Position numbers and translations under genes: made by a program. The notes beneath the pieces were generated by a model that saw nothing but the letters and a program-made list of their open reading frames with translations, made no database searches and had not been told where the DNA came from. A DNA stretch of 64,000 nt from Chiloscyllium plagiosum (taxonomy: Eukaryota): contig NC_057719.1 in NCBI RefSeq assembly GCF_004010195.1, positions 26,812,418 through 26,876,417 on the forward strand, in the 5' to 3' direction. Shown one piece after another: positions 11,464 to 25,401 of this stretch. Numbering within the stretch: the stretch's first letter is position 1; each line of letters opens with the position of its first letter.

Positions 11464-14400
11464 GCTGTGTCAAAATGATGTTTCACTACCACTTTGTTGC
11501 AATAAGTGAACCTCTTTCATCAACACCCATTTCCTATAAATCAGTATGATGAAATACTGATCAAATTTGTTAGAATGGGTATAGTAGTGACTAGAAATGT
11601 AACCTCATTCAGGACCATTGATTAATTGTAATCAATATTATTTGTGTCTTGAAGTAATGGTGTAATAATATCCTTTACACATTTGACTGGTTGCCATTTT
11701 AAGCTGCAGGATATAAAAATAATTTTTGATTATGTTGGCATAGGAGGCAATTAAAATAATGAAATTAAATATACTGGAACCTTTTAGCAACAGAATTGTG
11801 CTTTGAAAGTGTATCACTGTGTATAAAGTAACAATACATAATTAACCAAGCAGAAAGTGTACACATGCTTAGGAAATATTAAAATCATAAATGTGATTGT
11901 ACTGATTTTGAATCTTTTACTTGCATATGAGGTGTCTGTAAAGCTAAACTTTTATTTCATGTCAATTGTCTGACTGTCCAATCCATCTGCATCAATTCAA
12001 TGTGGTGTGAAAAAGAATCTTTATTCAGTCTTTGATTACTTATAGTTTAGAAATTTGAAAATTCCATGTGTGATCATTTGCAGAGAATATATCTAAAATA
12101 AGTATAATGGGTACATAAGTAAACAGAATATTTTAATTTCTTTACTGCATTACCTGAAGCAAAAACTCTATTCCGATACAAATCTGTTGTCATAGTTGTT
12201 AATAGTCTTTCATGTAGATTGCACTGTATATCCTCACAAGCTGCTGGTGCAGTTTAGGGAACTAGTTACATGTATAATAAGATGCAGCTAAATAATTGGC
12301 ATAATATTAATTCCAACTGCTACATAAATAAAATTAAACACTTTTAGATATAATATATTGTGATTAAGGTGTACATATATATCAGTATCATTATTTTAGA
12401 GCTTGGATTTCAATTGGTGACATGTAGGTACTGGTTTATTTTTGTGAAGGAGTGAAAAGTTAATGAGATTAGTCTTTCTGGAACCATGATTTTAAAACAA
12501 CAATGTGCCAGGGAGCAGGTCTGTTAACCTCCTGCACTGTTAAGGAATGTTTATTTGTATTGTGGGGATCACTCACAAGAAAGTGAAAGCATTAAGCCAT
12601 TAACTCAGCAAGTATTTTAAAAAAATATAAATTGTTCAAAAATGTTTGGGCAATTCGTAGGAGACTTAACTGGAGTCAGAAGCAAATGATGTCTGCAAGT
12701 CAAATTTATAGTTAATGTGATGAAGCACATTAAAAAAAAATTAATACATTTTATCCTATTATTCTGAAATATCTAGCTTTTTTCATTTTGTTTTTAAAGT
12801 CCTACTTTGGTTATTAGAGATTTCCGCTACAATAATAAATATGTCAGATGAAATTTATATCAAAACCATTTTGAGTGTTTTGGTTGGATCAACAAAACTA
12901 TTACCAGGGAAAATTTCCAGACAATATTCGTGTTAATGTCTTTTTTTCTGCTATGATATGTTGATATATGCGCTTTCTGTAACAGGAGAAGAAAAGTTAA
13001 TATGTAAACGTGCAAAAATGTCAAATTACATTAACACTTTTAACATAACTTTTTGCTGTTGCATTGTTCTGTCTGGTGACATAAGGTTTTATTTCCATTT
13101 ATTAGCCTGCATTATAAATGTATTAGCCATTATTAATTTTGATGGATTGGCAGATAGGATGGCTTCTCAGAAGTGTAGCAAGGAGTATATGGGTGGGTCA
13201 CTGTCAAGTGCATGACATTTGTATCTGTAGATCTAGTGGCTGACAAATTATGATGAAAATACAGATTAAAGTGGGGAGACACTAAGATTCAGAGTTCAGT
13301 CAAACGGTATTCAGGCACAGGTTAAGGCTAGCAAGTAACTAAATCAGGACTGAGGCAAGAACTCAGTATTACAACAACAAGTGTGCAAGTAAGTGCCTGT
13401 TGTAGTTTAAACTCAGGTAATTCTTAACTTTAAAACAAAGTCAAATAAGTCACTGGAGTAGTAAAACAAAATCATCAGTTTATACACCAGCCCCAAACAC
13501 TCAATACTATATCAAATTCAGAATGTCTCAATTGATTCTCTGGAAGGACACCACTTGCAAGTTCACTTTATTACAGTGCAGCTCAATTGGATTTATTTTA
13601 GCAGCAGTCAGTTTAAAATAAAACTTGAGAGCACAAGCAATTACATTTATTTATTTTCAACAGTGGTGGAGGTGAGACTTTTCCATTAGATTTTGCTCAG
13701 GTATAGAAACGTCATTTTCTTAATTATGACAGGCTGCAGTCAAAGGCTGCAAATGTATTTGAGTGATGTTCTGAGCTCAGGAAAGCCTCGTTAACTTTTA
13801 ACAGAACAGACAGCATGTCAATCAGTCATTTAATAGAATGTCAATCCAGTCTTCAGAAAAAGGAACAGACTTGTGTTGAGAAAAAATGATCACATTTGAA
13901 AGTCAGAAGAAAACGCGTACGTCTATATCTACATTTCATTATTTTCTTGAGCATTATTTAATTTTGTGTTGGAAATACATTTTTAGAGGAACTGTAGGTT
14001 ATTTTTGAACATTGCCCAGCCTGTTTACACGACAAAACAGGGCACCAAGCAATTGATAACTGATTTTCAAAACATCGCATGCATGATTTTCAGATGGTCT
14101 TGAAAATGGATAGCTAACGCTCCAGCCTAAATCAAGCAAAAGCTTTATGATTATGGTGAAATTAGAATCCCATAGTAATACTTGATGCATTTTCAGGTAA
14201 AAATGCCATGCTCTGGCCTTTGGTACCAACCATTGAACAGCTGACCCAGCTGTTGTAAAGAAATTGCTGGATACAGTTCTGAAAGTATCCCACAAATGCC
14301 TCAGGCCAGTTATTTGCTGCTCTTTGCCACCTTACCTCTGCCCCCAACTGCCCCCCCACCTGTAACTTGATTTAACCTCCTCAAAAGGCCTCTCCCTCTC

Positions 14401-14805
14401 CTTTCCTGCAACACAAGATTGTGAAGAAGATGTAAAGAATTAGCGAATAAATATCAACAAGTTCAGTGACTTGGCAAAAATCTGGCAGATGAAGCATAAT
14501 GTGGAGCAAGTGTAATGTTGTTCACTTTAGCATGAACAATAAACAAGCAGACATTTATTTTAATGGGAAATGACTGCAGAATTCTAAAGTGCTGAGGGAT
14601 ATAAGTGTTCAAATGTATAAAGACATTTGCATGCAAATATAACGTGTAACTAAGAAGTCTGATGGGATGCTATCATGAGAGGAATGGAACATAAAAATAA
14701 AAAAGATGTGTTTCAGTTATGCAGTGATTGGTGGGGATCGCATCTTGAACACACTGTGCAGTTTTGGTCTCCTTATTTAAGGAAGGATGTAAATGCATTA
14801 GAGCA

Positions 14806-15537
14806 TGTTATGAAGTTGTAGGAGTGTACTGTACCTTTAAGAGAGAGTGAAAGCTGGCAAGGACTTAACAAACACAGAGCGTGCTGAATAATTTAGAAAT
14901 CTAATATTTGACTGTGAACAAATAGCTCGAGCTGAGTTGTGATGGTACACAACAAATTTGAATTTGGCCAATTAGTTTAAATTATGCCACAAGATACCAA
15001 AATCCAATCGAATTTGAATTTTATTGTTTTGACGACATCAGGCCAATGAGATGATCCGATGTTTTGGGGTATAAAAATTGGGCATTTTGAACAGTAAGTC
15101 AGAGTGGCAATGAGTACCAACAAGTGCAGATGGCCCGTGGAACCACTGTCTGAAATGTAACTGTTTATATGAAATCTGTACAGCAGAAGACTGAAGAAAA
15201 AACCCAGAAAAATCTACAGGTGAAGATTTAGAAGACACAGCTGACTGGTTTTGAAATTTGGATTTTTTGTAAATTAAAATTGGGGCGGTGTTGTTTATCA
15301 GACCAGTATATTATTGTAGAGAGGGAGGTAGATAAATTGATCTGACAAAGGAGGATTACAATGTTAATAGTTGTTGTTTAATGTTTTTTTTCTTAGAGTT
15401 AAAGAATAAATTGTTAATGTTTTCTTTAAATAGTGGGATCTGGTAGTTCTTTGTAACTCATACTTTAACAAATTACGAGGCGGGGTAGCTTTTCTGTATG
15501 TTTAAAATAGCAGAAGGGTTTACCTTGTGTCATAACA
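14806..15537 (+). mobile_element. Solo LTR related to the Gmr1-type Gypsy LTR
   Basis: TGTTATGA...TCATAACA termini, TATAAAA, AATAAA; its start resembles the reverse complement of the LTR ends at 22385 and 27529. No clear TSD. Confidence 0.8.
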
Positions 15538-15913
15538 TATTGATGGGAAGTTGTCTTAAAAGGATACATTTGACAAGATGGGTTTATTTCATCTGGAGTT
15601 TTGAGTGAGAGGTGATTTGTTTGAAGTGTATAAAATACTTAACAGTCTTGACAAGGTGGATATGAAAAGGATATTTCCTTGTGCAGGTTCATCCAGCACT
15701 GTTTAAAAATTAGGGGTTACCCTTTTGGGACAAAGATGAGGAGAACATGTTTTCTTTCACAGGGTTGTGCACCTGTGGAACTCTTTGCCTTCGAAAACAG
15801 TGAAGGCGGGGTCATTGACTATTTGTTCGACAAGGCAATCAAAGGTTATCAAGGGTGGATAGGGGTGGAACACAAAGAGATCAGCCATGATCTATTGAAT
15901 GGCACAGGGAACC

Positions 15914-16137
15914 TGTAGCGATTGTAACATGGTCAGCCAGATGGACTTCATAGAATATGAGTTCCCTGATTGGACCAGATTAATAGCCTCAATCAGGGAG
16001 CCCTTACTGACAGATATAAACAGGAGTATCAGAAGTTCTGTTTACTCTGAGGGCTGGCTCTGAAGGAACAAGGACTTTCCATGTTTAAATAAAGGGCGAC
16101 TTGTTGACAGGATACTGACCTCTGTGGAATTATTTCA
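15914..16137 (+). mobile_element. Short solo LTR
   Basis: TG...CA termini, TATAAA box, AATAAA; interrupts the CR1 3'UTR. Confidence 0.65.
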
Positions 16138-17127
16138 GGACTGAATGACCAATTTCTGCTCCTAATTCACTATTCCATTGTGTTCACTATTCCATTGGAG
16201 CTGGTCGATTCCCGTTGCATCCTGCCCCATGTGTTTCTTTTCTGAGCATTAGCAGCTTGCTCAACACTGATGAGGCCCGACCAGAAATATGGTTCAAACC
16301 TCTCACTGAAAATATGGTACAAGTCTATCAATGATGCAGACATTGAAAATAATCCCGGTGGTCAGTAGCTTTTCACATCATGCAGCTGTTGAAAGAAGGA
16401 CATTTTTGCTCAGTACTTGAAAGTTTTCATACTTGCTGGTTCACCAAAGGATAGCTTTGGAAGGAAAGTAATTTGGCTTGTTTGTTAATGTGTTTGCTGA
16501 CCAATAGCTTTTTCTATCTGTCTAGTAAATTGAAATGTTTTTGATTGATTGATTTGCGTTTAGTTAATTAGATACTTAAGCCATTCACGATGGTCTGCAA
16601 CAGATAGTGGTTATTTGAGCCAAAAATAATTAATTTGCCCTTTTGACATGTAATAATTTTGAATTGACCTATCTTAATGGTTTGATTCCTTTGAGAGGTG
16701 TGATTATTAAAAATGCAGTTAGATTGTCAGGATATGGTTTTGTGCATGGCACAAGCTATTTTAAACATTAACCCACTACTAAAAGCACTAACATGCAGAT
16801 TGTTACTTCCCCAGGCCTACAATTAACAAATTAAATTTGAACCAAATATTTAATTGCAAGGCCAAAAGAAATATAAAAGAGATGTGAGTATATCAGTCTT
16901 TCTCTTTCAGGATTCTTGTCACTTCTTGAACAAACAGTGCAGAAAAATATATTCATTAACCTGAAATGTTAAACCTGTTTGCTTCCATAGATTCTACTTG
17001 ACCTGCTGAATATTTTTATTTTAGTTAGGAATACATGTCTATTTTGCATATTTACACAATAAGTTATCTTTCCTTAGTTGTATTTCTTGACCTGATCTGA
17101 GGCAAACTGATTTAAGAGTTTAAAATA

Positions 17128-17422
17128 ATTAGATCCCTGACAGTATGTAAACAGGCCTTTTGGCCTAACAAGTCCACACTGACCCTCCAAACAGTAACCC
17201 ACCCAGACCTATTCCCCTATATTTACCCCTGACTAATGCAATGGGTAACTTAGCATGGCCAATTCACCTGACTTGTTCATCTTTGGTCTGTGAGAGGAAG
17301 CACACGCAGACACAGGGAGAATGTGCAAACTCTACACAGATAGTAACCTGAGGCAGCAAGCAAACCCAGGTCCCTGGTGCTATGAGGCAGCAGTGCTAAC
17401 CACGGAGCCACCATGCCACCCC
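17128..17422 (-). mobile_element. HE1 SINE, near full length
   Basis: tRNA-like head (GGTGGCTCCGTGGTTAGCACTGCTGCCTCA) on the minus strand plus LINE-derived tail. Confidence 0.85.
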
Positions 17423-17547
17423 AATGATGGGAATTTATGGAACAGATAGAGAATGATTCTTTCTCAGATTAAGAGAAACCAGAATAAGAGAATATTACTT
17501 TAGAACTCAGAAAAACTAGCATTGAATTCATAAGGCCTTATTAATTA

Positions 17548-17729
17548 CAGAACAACCTTGAGTATCCGAACAAGACAGGCAAGGAGTATTTTGTTCGGAT
17601 TACTGATTGTGCAGATGACTGATTGTTCAGATAATGGATAACATTTTTACGGGACCTTGAGATCTTCCAAAATTCTTCAGATAATCCAAAATTCAGATAA
17701 TTGACATTTGGATAGCTGAGGTTGTTCTG
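17548..17729. mobile_element. Tc1/mariner (Tigger/pogo-like) MITE
   Basis: TIRs CAGAACAACCTTGAGTATCC / GGATAGCTGAGGTTGTTCTG with TA on both sides. Confidence 0.75.
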
Positions 17730-18317
17730 TACAGTTCAGAAGGAGGGCATTTAGCCCATAGTGTCTGTGTTGGCCAAAAATGTTACCCAGCTTATTCTTG
17801 ATATTTTAGATCATAGCCCAGTATGATTTTAACACTTCAAATGCACATTTGAGTTTGTTTTAAAAATGTGACAATGTTTTTTGCCTGTACCACCCCATCA
17901 AGACAGTCGATTCCAGACTCACACCATTCTCTGGGTTAATAAATTTCAAATCCACTTTCCATTGATCTCATTAGCTTTCACTTTGTTTGTGTGGGATTTG
18001 ATCAAACTTCTTGCAGAATGTGCTACTGTCATCGACCCTGTTAGTTGCACAATAATCTCTGTTGACTATCCTTGATCCAACCCTGCCTTTCCAAATTCAG
18101 TATTGCTCAGAATTTTTTGCATTTGTTTGTCCACTACCAATGTTAGACCAACTGGACTAAATTTTCTCAGTCAATTCCTTTACAATTTTTTAAACAATTC
18201 TCTAACATTAGCAGTTCTCCAGTCTTCTGGTTTGCTCCTGCAGTTGGAGGCAATTCTAAATGATGTTCTGAAATAATCATGGAGCATTCCTTTCATCTGT
18301 TCACATTACTGGATAAA

Positions 18318-18462
18318 AACAATGACTGCAGATGCTGGAAACCAGATTCTGGATTAGTGGTGCTGGAAGAGCACAGCAGTTCAGGCAGCATCCGAGGAGC
18401 AGTAAAATCGACGTTTCGGGCAAAAGCTCTTCATTGGGAATAAAGGCAGAGAGCCTGAAACG
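18318..18462 (-). mobile_element. Penelope-derived short element
   Basis: Homologous to 7530-7665; GCCCGAAACGTCGA is retained but the CTGA core is mutated. Confidence 0.75.
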
Positions 18463-18520
18463 TGTTTACAATACTGTCCATGTGTAATGATTCTGAGAAG
18501 GTAGTGGTGGGCCTTCCTTT

Positions 18521-19249
18521 TGTTGTGGGTAACTCACCACAAGTTACCTTTAACCTGGATACTTATTAAGAAACCTCACAGACAATCAAATACTGAAAAA
18601 AAACAATCAAACTTTTAATACATGTAGCAACCAAATATTACACCCCTCAAGTCAGCAAGTATAAGCCTGAGACCCAACTTAGGTAAAACCCGATTAATGG
18701 TGAAACCTGACCAGACCTTCAACCAACAGTGGTCTGTCTCTAGTGGGGCTCTTCAGAGTTCAATCCTTAAGCAGTATTGTTCTTTGAAATTCTGCTTTTA
18801 AGTTGTTCTGGTGTTTGATTCTTATACAGATTTTTGTCCTTCGGTCTCTGAGGTGATACATTGATTTATTTTCAATGTCCTTTCATCCAAATGACTGAGA
18901 GTCTGCAGCTGGCTTCCTTATCAAAAGTAATTTATTTGTTTCTTGTTACATTTGGCATTGACTGTCTATTTGAAGACAGTTTGCCTGCGATTAACTCCTT
19001 AAATTCTTTTGCCGGGCAATCCTTGTCCTTTGCAGCAATAAAGCATCCAGTTTATCAAGCAGGTGTCAAAGCAGTTTTGTTAATGTAATCCCACCAAAAC
19101 ATGAGTAATTGCTTGAGTCTCTGTGTAACCGCTTGTCTTTGTTCCTTAACAGTTTATTCCAAAGTTATTGCTGTGTGTAATAGTTTACGTTTTGTCCATT
19201 CATTCAGTCCAAGAACAGTTACTAAAGTTCTGAAGTCTATAATATCACA
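18521..19249. mobile_element. Solo LTR with 4-bp TSD
   Basis: TGTTGT...ATCACA termini, with CTTT on both sides (18517-18520, 19250-19253). Confidence 0.75.
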
Positions 19250-19599
19250 CTTTAGAACTACATTATGCTGATAGAATTCCCTTGCCATTGGCAGGCAGGA
19301 AAAGTCAAGCTATTGATCCAACATTCATGAAATATTTATGATCTATATCGTATAGGTATGGTGTTCACTGACGTGGAAAATTGAGGTGGTGACATCTCTT
19401 AACATTGTTGCTTTTACCCTTCTCTGTGTTAGAGGCCTGAGTTATCCTGTTGATTAACCTCATTCCACCATTGCAATTTAGTTTTCAGATCATACATACG
19501 GAAGCCACTATACATCAGTGATGGAGAATATTGAGCTAGTGACAGTTAGTCAAGCAGACTGCTTTATCCTGAACTGTGCTCAGCCTTGGCTCAGTAATA

Positions 19600-20205
19600 G
19601 TTCTTAGTCCCATAGCACCTCACCAAGATCTTTCTCACGTCTCCACTTCTTGCCTTTAAACAATCACCTAACCTTAAATAGACCATTAATTTGCAGCAAA
19701 CTACCCAGCCTTCATGACAACATCAACCTCAATACCATTCAACCCTGTTAGGGTAGCCTCTGTAAGATACGTCGGAGCATTGATACACGTGGGGATACCA
19801 CCCACCATGTGCACAGCAGATACTCGTGTGAATCAGAAACGTTGTGTGTTTCATACGTAGCAGGCAAGGATGCCCTGAGGCATGTTATATTGTCAAAACC
19901 ACACAGATGCTACGACAATGGGTGAACGGACACTGTGCAATAATCGCCAGACAGGAATGTTTCCTCCCAGTTGGGGAACACTTCAGCAGTCAAGGACATT
20001 TGGCCTCAGATCTTTGGGTAAACGTCCTCCAATGCAGACTTTGGGGTACACAACAATGCGGAGTCACTGAGCAGAGGCTGATTGCCAAGTTCAGTACCCT
20101 TGAGGGTGGCCTCAACTGGAATCTTGGGTTCATGTCGCACTACAGGTAACCCCACTACACGATACACTCTCACAGCAAACACACACATACACTCTCTCAT
20201 ACACA

Positions 20206-20241
<36 letters not shown>

Positions 20242-21035
20242 GTATGTAACAAACAGACACACACACTCTCTCTCTCAGATGCATATACTCCCTCACACTC
20301 ATGCACACTCTCTCTCAAACACACACACTCACACATGTAAATCTATGGGGTGAATTTGCACTTGCAGATTTGTATTTGCAGATGCATTCTATTTTGTTCA
20401 AAAAACACTCGCGAATGAATTGAATGCACCTATGATGGCTCTTAAATCTTTCATCAGGTAGAGTGGAGGAGTAGGCTTTGATTGATTAATATGCAAATCT
20501 CAGAATTTCTTTCAAGTCACTACTCCAAGATAACTGGAGTCTGTCTGTGTCTTAACCTGGAGTCAGACTGGTTTTATTTCCAAAGTAGACAGTCAGTCAA
20601 TGTAGCCTTTTATAAACTCCTACTTTGGAAATAAACCCAGTCCGACTCCAGGTTAAGACACAGACAGATTCCAAACAAGACCTCACGCCTAAAGTACATT
20701 GGCTAACGAGAGGTTCACCTCCTTTATATTGATAACACATTAAGTTATCTTGGAGCAATAACTTGAAAGGAATTCTAAGATTTGCATATTAATCATTTTA
20801 AACCTGCTCCTTCATTCTAACTGATTAAAGATTTATGAGCCATCTTAGGTGTGTTTAATTCGGTTGCATGAGTTATTTGATCCTTTGATCCTTTCCTTAT
20901 AAATTCTGTGTCTAAGGTCTTCCTCTCCCACTAGCACCTGATGAAGGGGCAGTGCTCTGAAAGCTAATGCTTTCAAATAAACCCGTTGGACTTTAATTTT
21001 TGTCCTTGCCCAACACCAGCACCTCTACATCATCA
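19600..21035 (+). mobile_element. Penelope-like element: GIY-YIG endonuclease remnant, microsatellite, pseudo-LTR with hammerhead-like core
   Basis: ORF 19844-20149 (CYIVKTTQMLRQWVNGH...PVGEHFS...EQRLIAKFSTLEGGLN); CTGATGA-AGGGGC-AGT-GCTCT-GAAA at 20938-20962. Confidence 0.8.
20150..20336. repeat. Compound (CA)n/(CT)n microsatellite
   Basis: Directly visible dinucleotide runs. Confidence 0.95.
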
Positions 21036-21429
21036 TTCCTACCAATGCTGCATTATCAGTGAGGTTGTATTTTGGGGTAAAACTTTTAACAGAGGTCAAT
21101 ATAAAATATCTAAAATGGTTGTTCAATGAAGAGCAAGACTATTTGAATGTCAAATAGCATAAAGAGCAAGTGATAGACAGGGCTAAGTGATTCCACAACC
21201 AGAATGTCAGATCGAAACTCTTCAGTCCTGCCACATCCTGTAATGAATGGTTGTAAAACAATTAAAAACACACATTTGTGGGGATTCTTCACAAATATCC
21301 CCATCCGCAATGAGAGCAGAGTCCAGCATATTAGTGTAAAAGACCAGTCTGAAACATTTGCCAGAACCTGCAGTTGGAAGTGCTAAAAGAACTAAACATC
21401 CTCTGGAGGTTCCCAGCATCACAACCTAC

Positions 21430-21570
21430 ATGGTCGTGTACAGCATGGAAACAGATCCTTTGGAGCAACTTGTCCATTCTGACCAGATATCCCAAATAAA
21501 TCTAGTCCATTTGCCAGCATTTGGCCCAGGTCTTCTAAATCTGTCCTATTCATATACCCATCCAGATACC
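21430..21570 (-). mobile_element. CR1 3' tail fragment
   Basis: Reverse complement of the tail at 11330-11460. Confidence 0.75.
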
Positions 21571-22568
21571 TGGGTATTCCAAGATAGAGGATGGGAAAAG
21601 TTTCTGTCTGTAACAGGTTGCTCCTTTTTTGAGTATTTTAGGTGTTGAAGGTGATTTCCTCAAATTCCAGGAGCAGCAATTACTGTTTTATATGCTGTTG
21701 CATTGTTTTGGAACTTTGGAGAAAAATAAACTTCAAAACAACGGCACTTTTAAAAGGGAGAGGAACATACAAAGGCAGCACATGGTGAGGTCAGTGCAGG
21801 AGAGAGAGAGAGAGAAAGAAACCCACACTACTAACTGACACAGCAGTGAACATGCTCAATTACTGCCTTTGCTGTTTGAATTCATGTATCACTGAACATC
21901 GGAGTGCGTCTGGGTTTACAAGACCAATGCCCTAACTGCTGAGCTATGGGACCTGAAGGCTAAATCTTCTTCGGTCTTCTTTTCTTCTTTCTTAGGGATT
22001 TCTGTTTCACAGGTTACTGATCGATAAAGGTAACTTTAAGAGAGCTATTTCTCAGGCAGTCTCTACATGCTTGTGGTGTGGCAGTTCTCCTCCCAACTGT
22101 TCAATTGTCCCCAATCTTATACCCCCAAAGCATTGGATTGTGTCATTGGCTTTTAAGATTCTCAATATACTAAATTCAAACTTGATTGGAGTTTGGTATG
22201 TTTTAGAGTATAATTTAAACTGATTGACCTAATTCAAATCTGTTTTTGTCTCCAGGCAACCAGCTACCCTAGCTACCTAGTAGCCCATGTTGCATTGTAT
22301 CTTATTGAGAACACTTGGTGCTGACAGGTAGTTCTGCTAACCTTTAACTCTCTTAAAGTTATAGTTCACCCACATCTTCATAACACCTCCCCGCTTAAGA
22401 AAAAAATGTACCATCATAATGAAATGATGGCTTCATTTTTTTCTATTCTTGAAACACATTATCCTAACATACGGATAACTTTAATCGAAGTTCACCTTAA
22501 GTTCTTTCCATATAACTGTATATATGTACATAACATTAAATAAAGATGAATCTCATCTGAACTTTATT

Positions 22569-23800
22569 AGCTAAATCCGTGATAACGCACCTGCGATTAC
22601 ATTCTTACGACTCGCAACCTGTACAAATTTTAAATTAAAAGTCTGTAACGTAAGACTCCAATGAAACAGTCTCATATACTTGTCTTTAAAGTGCTAAGAA
22701 TGTCGGTGGATTGTAATGTGTGTACACCACAATCTCCGACGCATTGTTGCTGACATACACATTAAAATGTTGTAATGTCAGTACCAAACTCAAAAGTTCT
22801 TTTTCGATTGTGGAGTATTTCCTCTGTTGGAGGAAGTTCAATCTGGCAGTTCAATCCCAACATCGTCTTCCTGTAGGAGTACAACTCCATCTCCTATGTC
22901 ACTTGCATCAATGGCAACTTTAAAAGGTTTGGAAAGTTTGGTGTAGGTAAAACTGGTTTGGTGGTTAATATGGCTTTCAAATGGTCGAATGTCTCCTGGC
23001 ATGGTTCTATTCACCAAAACATTGTGTTCTTCTTCAGCAGAATGGTTAATGGTCCCACTACACTGCTGACATTTGGAACAAACTTTCAATCGAATCCACT
23101 GAGTCCTAAGAATTAAGGTTGGTTATGGAAATTCTTCGATGGCCTTCGTCTTTGCGCTCCGTAGGGTCAACCTTCCATAACTGATGTTATGTCCCAAGAA
23201 TGTAACCTCTGCTTTTGCAAATTAGTTTTATTTAAGTTTATCACCAGTTTTGCTTCTCGTAGTCATTCAAAGGGCTCTGCCAACTGAACCATGAGATCTT
23301 TCCAGGATTAGTAAAGATCACAACATCATCCAAGTAGACTGCACAGTTTGTTAACCCAGCCACAACTCTGTTCATGAGTCTTTGGAATGTGGTGGGTATG
23401 TTCTTCATCTCTTTAAACTGATATAGCCCATTTGGGGTTACAAACACAGAAATTTATTTCACCGTCTCTGTTGAAGGTACCTGCCAGTAACCACGTGTTA
23501 AGTCCAACTCGGTGATATAACTGGCTTGTCCGACTCTCTTGATGCAGTCCTCCAAACTAGGAATTGGATATGAGTCTGATTTTGTAACGGCATTGACCTT
23601 TCAATAATCCAAGCAGAATCATGGAGTCCTGTCCGGTTTGGGAACTAAGATGATCAGTGAACTCCACTCGCTCTGGCTTGATTCGATGATGTCCTCATCA
23701 AGTATGGCCTCCACCTCCATCTGGACCTGTCTGGCTTTGAAAGGATTAAGCCGATAGGGGTGTTGTTTTATTGGAGCAGTGTTTCCTATATCTACTTCAT
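22569..23800 (-). pseudogene. Reverse transcriptase + RNase H remnant
   Basis: [51 protein letters not shown]. Confidence 0.9.
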
Positions 23801-24059
23801 ATACAATAGCATTAGTCCTCTCCATCTGATTTTTACTTATGTCCTTATACTGCAGTAACAAATCTTTCAACTGCATTCTATGCTCCTGAGACAGATAGCT
23901 TACTAACCTATCCCACTGCTCAAGGACTTTTTCTTTTTCAAATCTATTTTGAGGCACATCAAAATCCATATCATCTGGACTAGATTCTTCACCCTGCGGG
24001 GCAGTAACTAACACCTGTTTCTCCAGTTCTCTCTCTCTAGTATAATACTGTTTCAACAT

Positions 24060-25178
24060 GTTCATAAAACATACCCACTACCTTTTTATTTCTATCTGGT
24101 ATCTTTACCAGATAGTTCACCTGACTCAACATTTTCTCAATTGATAGGGACCACTAAACCTGGCTTTGAAAGGAACACTATCAATTTTTCTTTAACTAAT
24201 TTCAAAAGGACTTTCACTCATGCCCGAGTATTAACTCGAAGTGAGTGAACATAGAACATTACAGCGCAGTACAGGCTCTTCGGCCCTCAATGTGGCGTCG
24301 ACCTGTCATACCAATCTGAAGTCCAGCTAACCTACACTATTCCATGTACGTCCGTATGCTTGTCCAATGACGACTTAAATGTACTTAAAGTTGTACTTAT
24401 ACCAATCATTTGGGTAGTCAACATGGTCTTCAAGGTCTAATGCCACCTTTCTAAAGCATTCAGGATGATACTCACAGGATTTAAAGTGCTGTATACCTAA
24501 GCTATCCATAACCTCCTTAAACAGTCTAGCATTAAAATGTGACCCTTGGACCGACTGAATCTTTCTGGGTAGCTCAGACCGTGAGAAGAAAGTTATTAAC
24601 TCCTCTACCACCCTCTTTGCCTTGATACTCTGGAATGGAATTGCCTTAAGAAATCTGGTAGACAAAACCATTATGATTAACAAGTACTGGTTCCCACTTT
24701 TAGTTCTCGAGAGGGGACCTACACAATCAATTATAACCCACGTGAAAGGTTCTTCAAATGTGGGAATTGGCAACAAAGGTGCTGGTTTTATTACCGCCTG
24801 TGACTTACCTACCATTTGGCATGTATGACACGTACGGCAAAATTTAACCATATCCTTGTGCATTCCAGGCCAATAAAAATGTTTTTTTACCTTAGCCTGA
24901 GTCCTTCGTACCTCTAGGTGACCTCCTACAGGTAGTTCATGCGTTACCTGTAATGCCTCCTGCGTGTATGCTACCAGAAACATTATCTGGTGCACTTTGG
25001 CCCATTTCTCCTCTGCACTAACCTGCCGTGGTCTCCGTTTCCATCTTAGGATTCTATCTTTCAGATAATAAACCTCCGGAATATTCTCTGATTCCTTTTT
25101 GGAGTACGCATCCACATATATATCGTTTGTTGCCTTGTCTTGATGTTGCAAGTCTCTTAGCCTTTCAGGAGTAAACAC
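24060..25178 (-). pseudogene. Integrase remnant
   Basis: HHCC finger (HELPVGGHL...FYWPGM...CRTCHTCQ) and core (IIDCVGPL...SVQGSHF). Confidence 0.9.
24247..24393 (-). mobile_element. CR1-type 3' tail inserted in the integrase
   Basis: (GAACATA)n tail; same family as 49820-50025. Confidence 0.8.
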
Positions 25179-25401
25179 TTCTGTCTGACTCTGCCTGTTC
25201 AGGTTTTTCCTGTACCATTACATCAAACAGGTTATCTGCTTACTGAATCTCAACTCCTTCATCTTTCTCTTTACTTTTCACTTCATGCAGTGATTTATGA
25301 TAGTGGGATCTGGTTACCACACAGTCTGGGAAAATACCAGGGTATTTCTGTTTTAACTCCTCAGTTTCTTGGTTTTCCTTGGGCTTCTCCACAACAAGGG
25401 G

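Larger units (their letters stand above)
14420..16170 (+). mobile_element. Old CR1 3' half interrupted by two solo LTRs
   Basis: Degenerate RT C-terminus and tail segments at 14420-14805, 15538-15913 and 16138-16170. Confidence 0.7.

Noticed and set aside
17340..17422. tRNA-like sequences (also at 25450, 31870, 35340, 47975, 55040)
   Set aside because: SINE heads attached to SINE bodies, not complete tRNA genes.
22386..22570. env gene or endogenous retrovirus (tRNA-Pro PBS)
   Set aside because: RT/IN are Gypsy-type, and under 200 bp lies between pol and the PPT.
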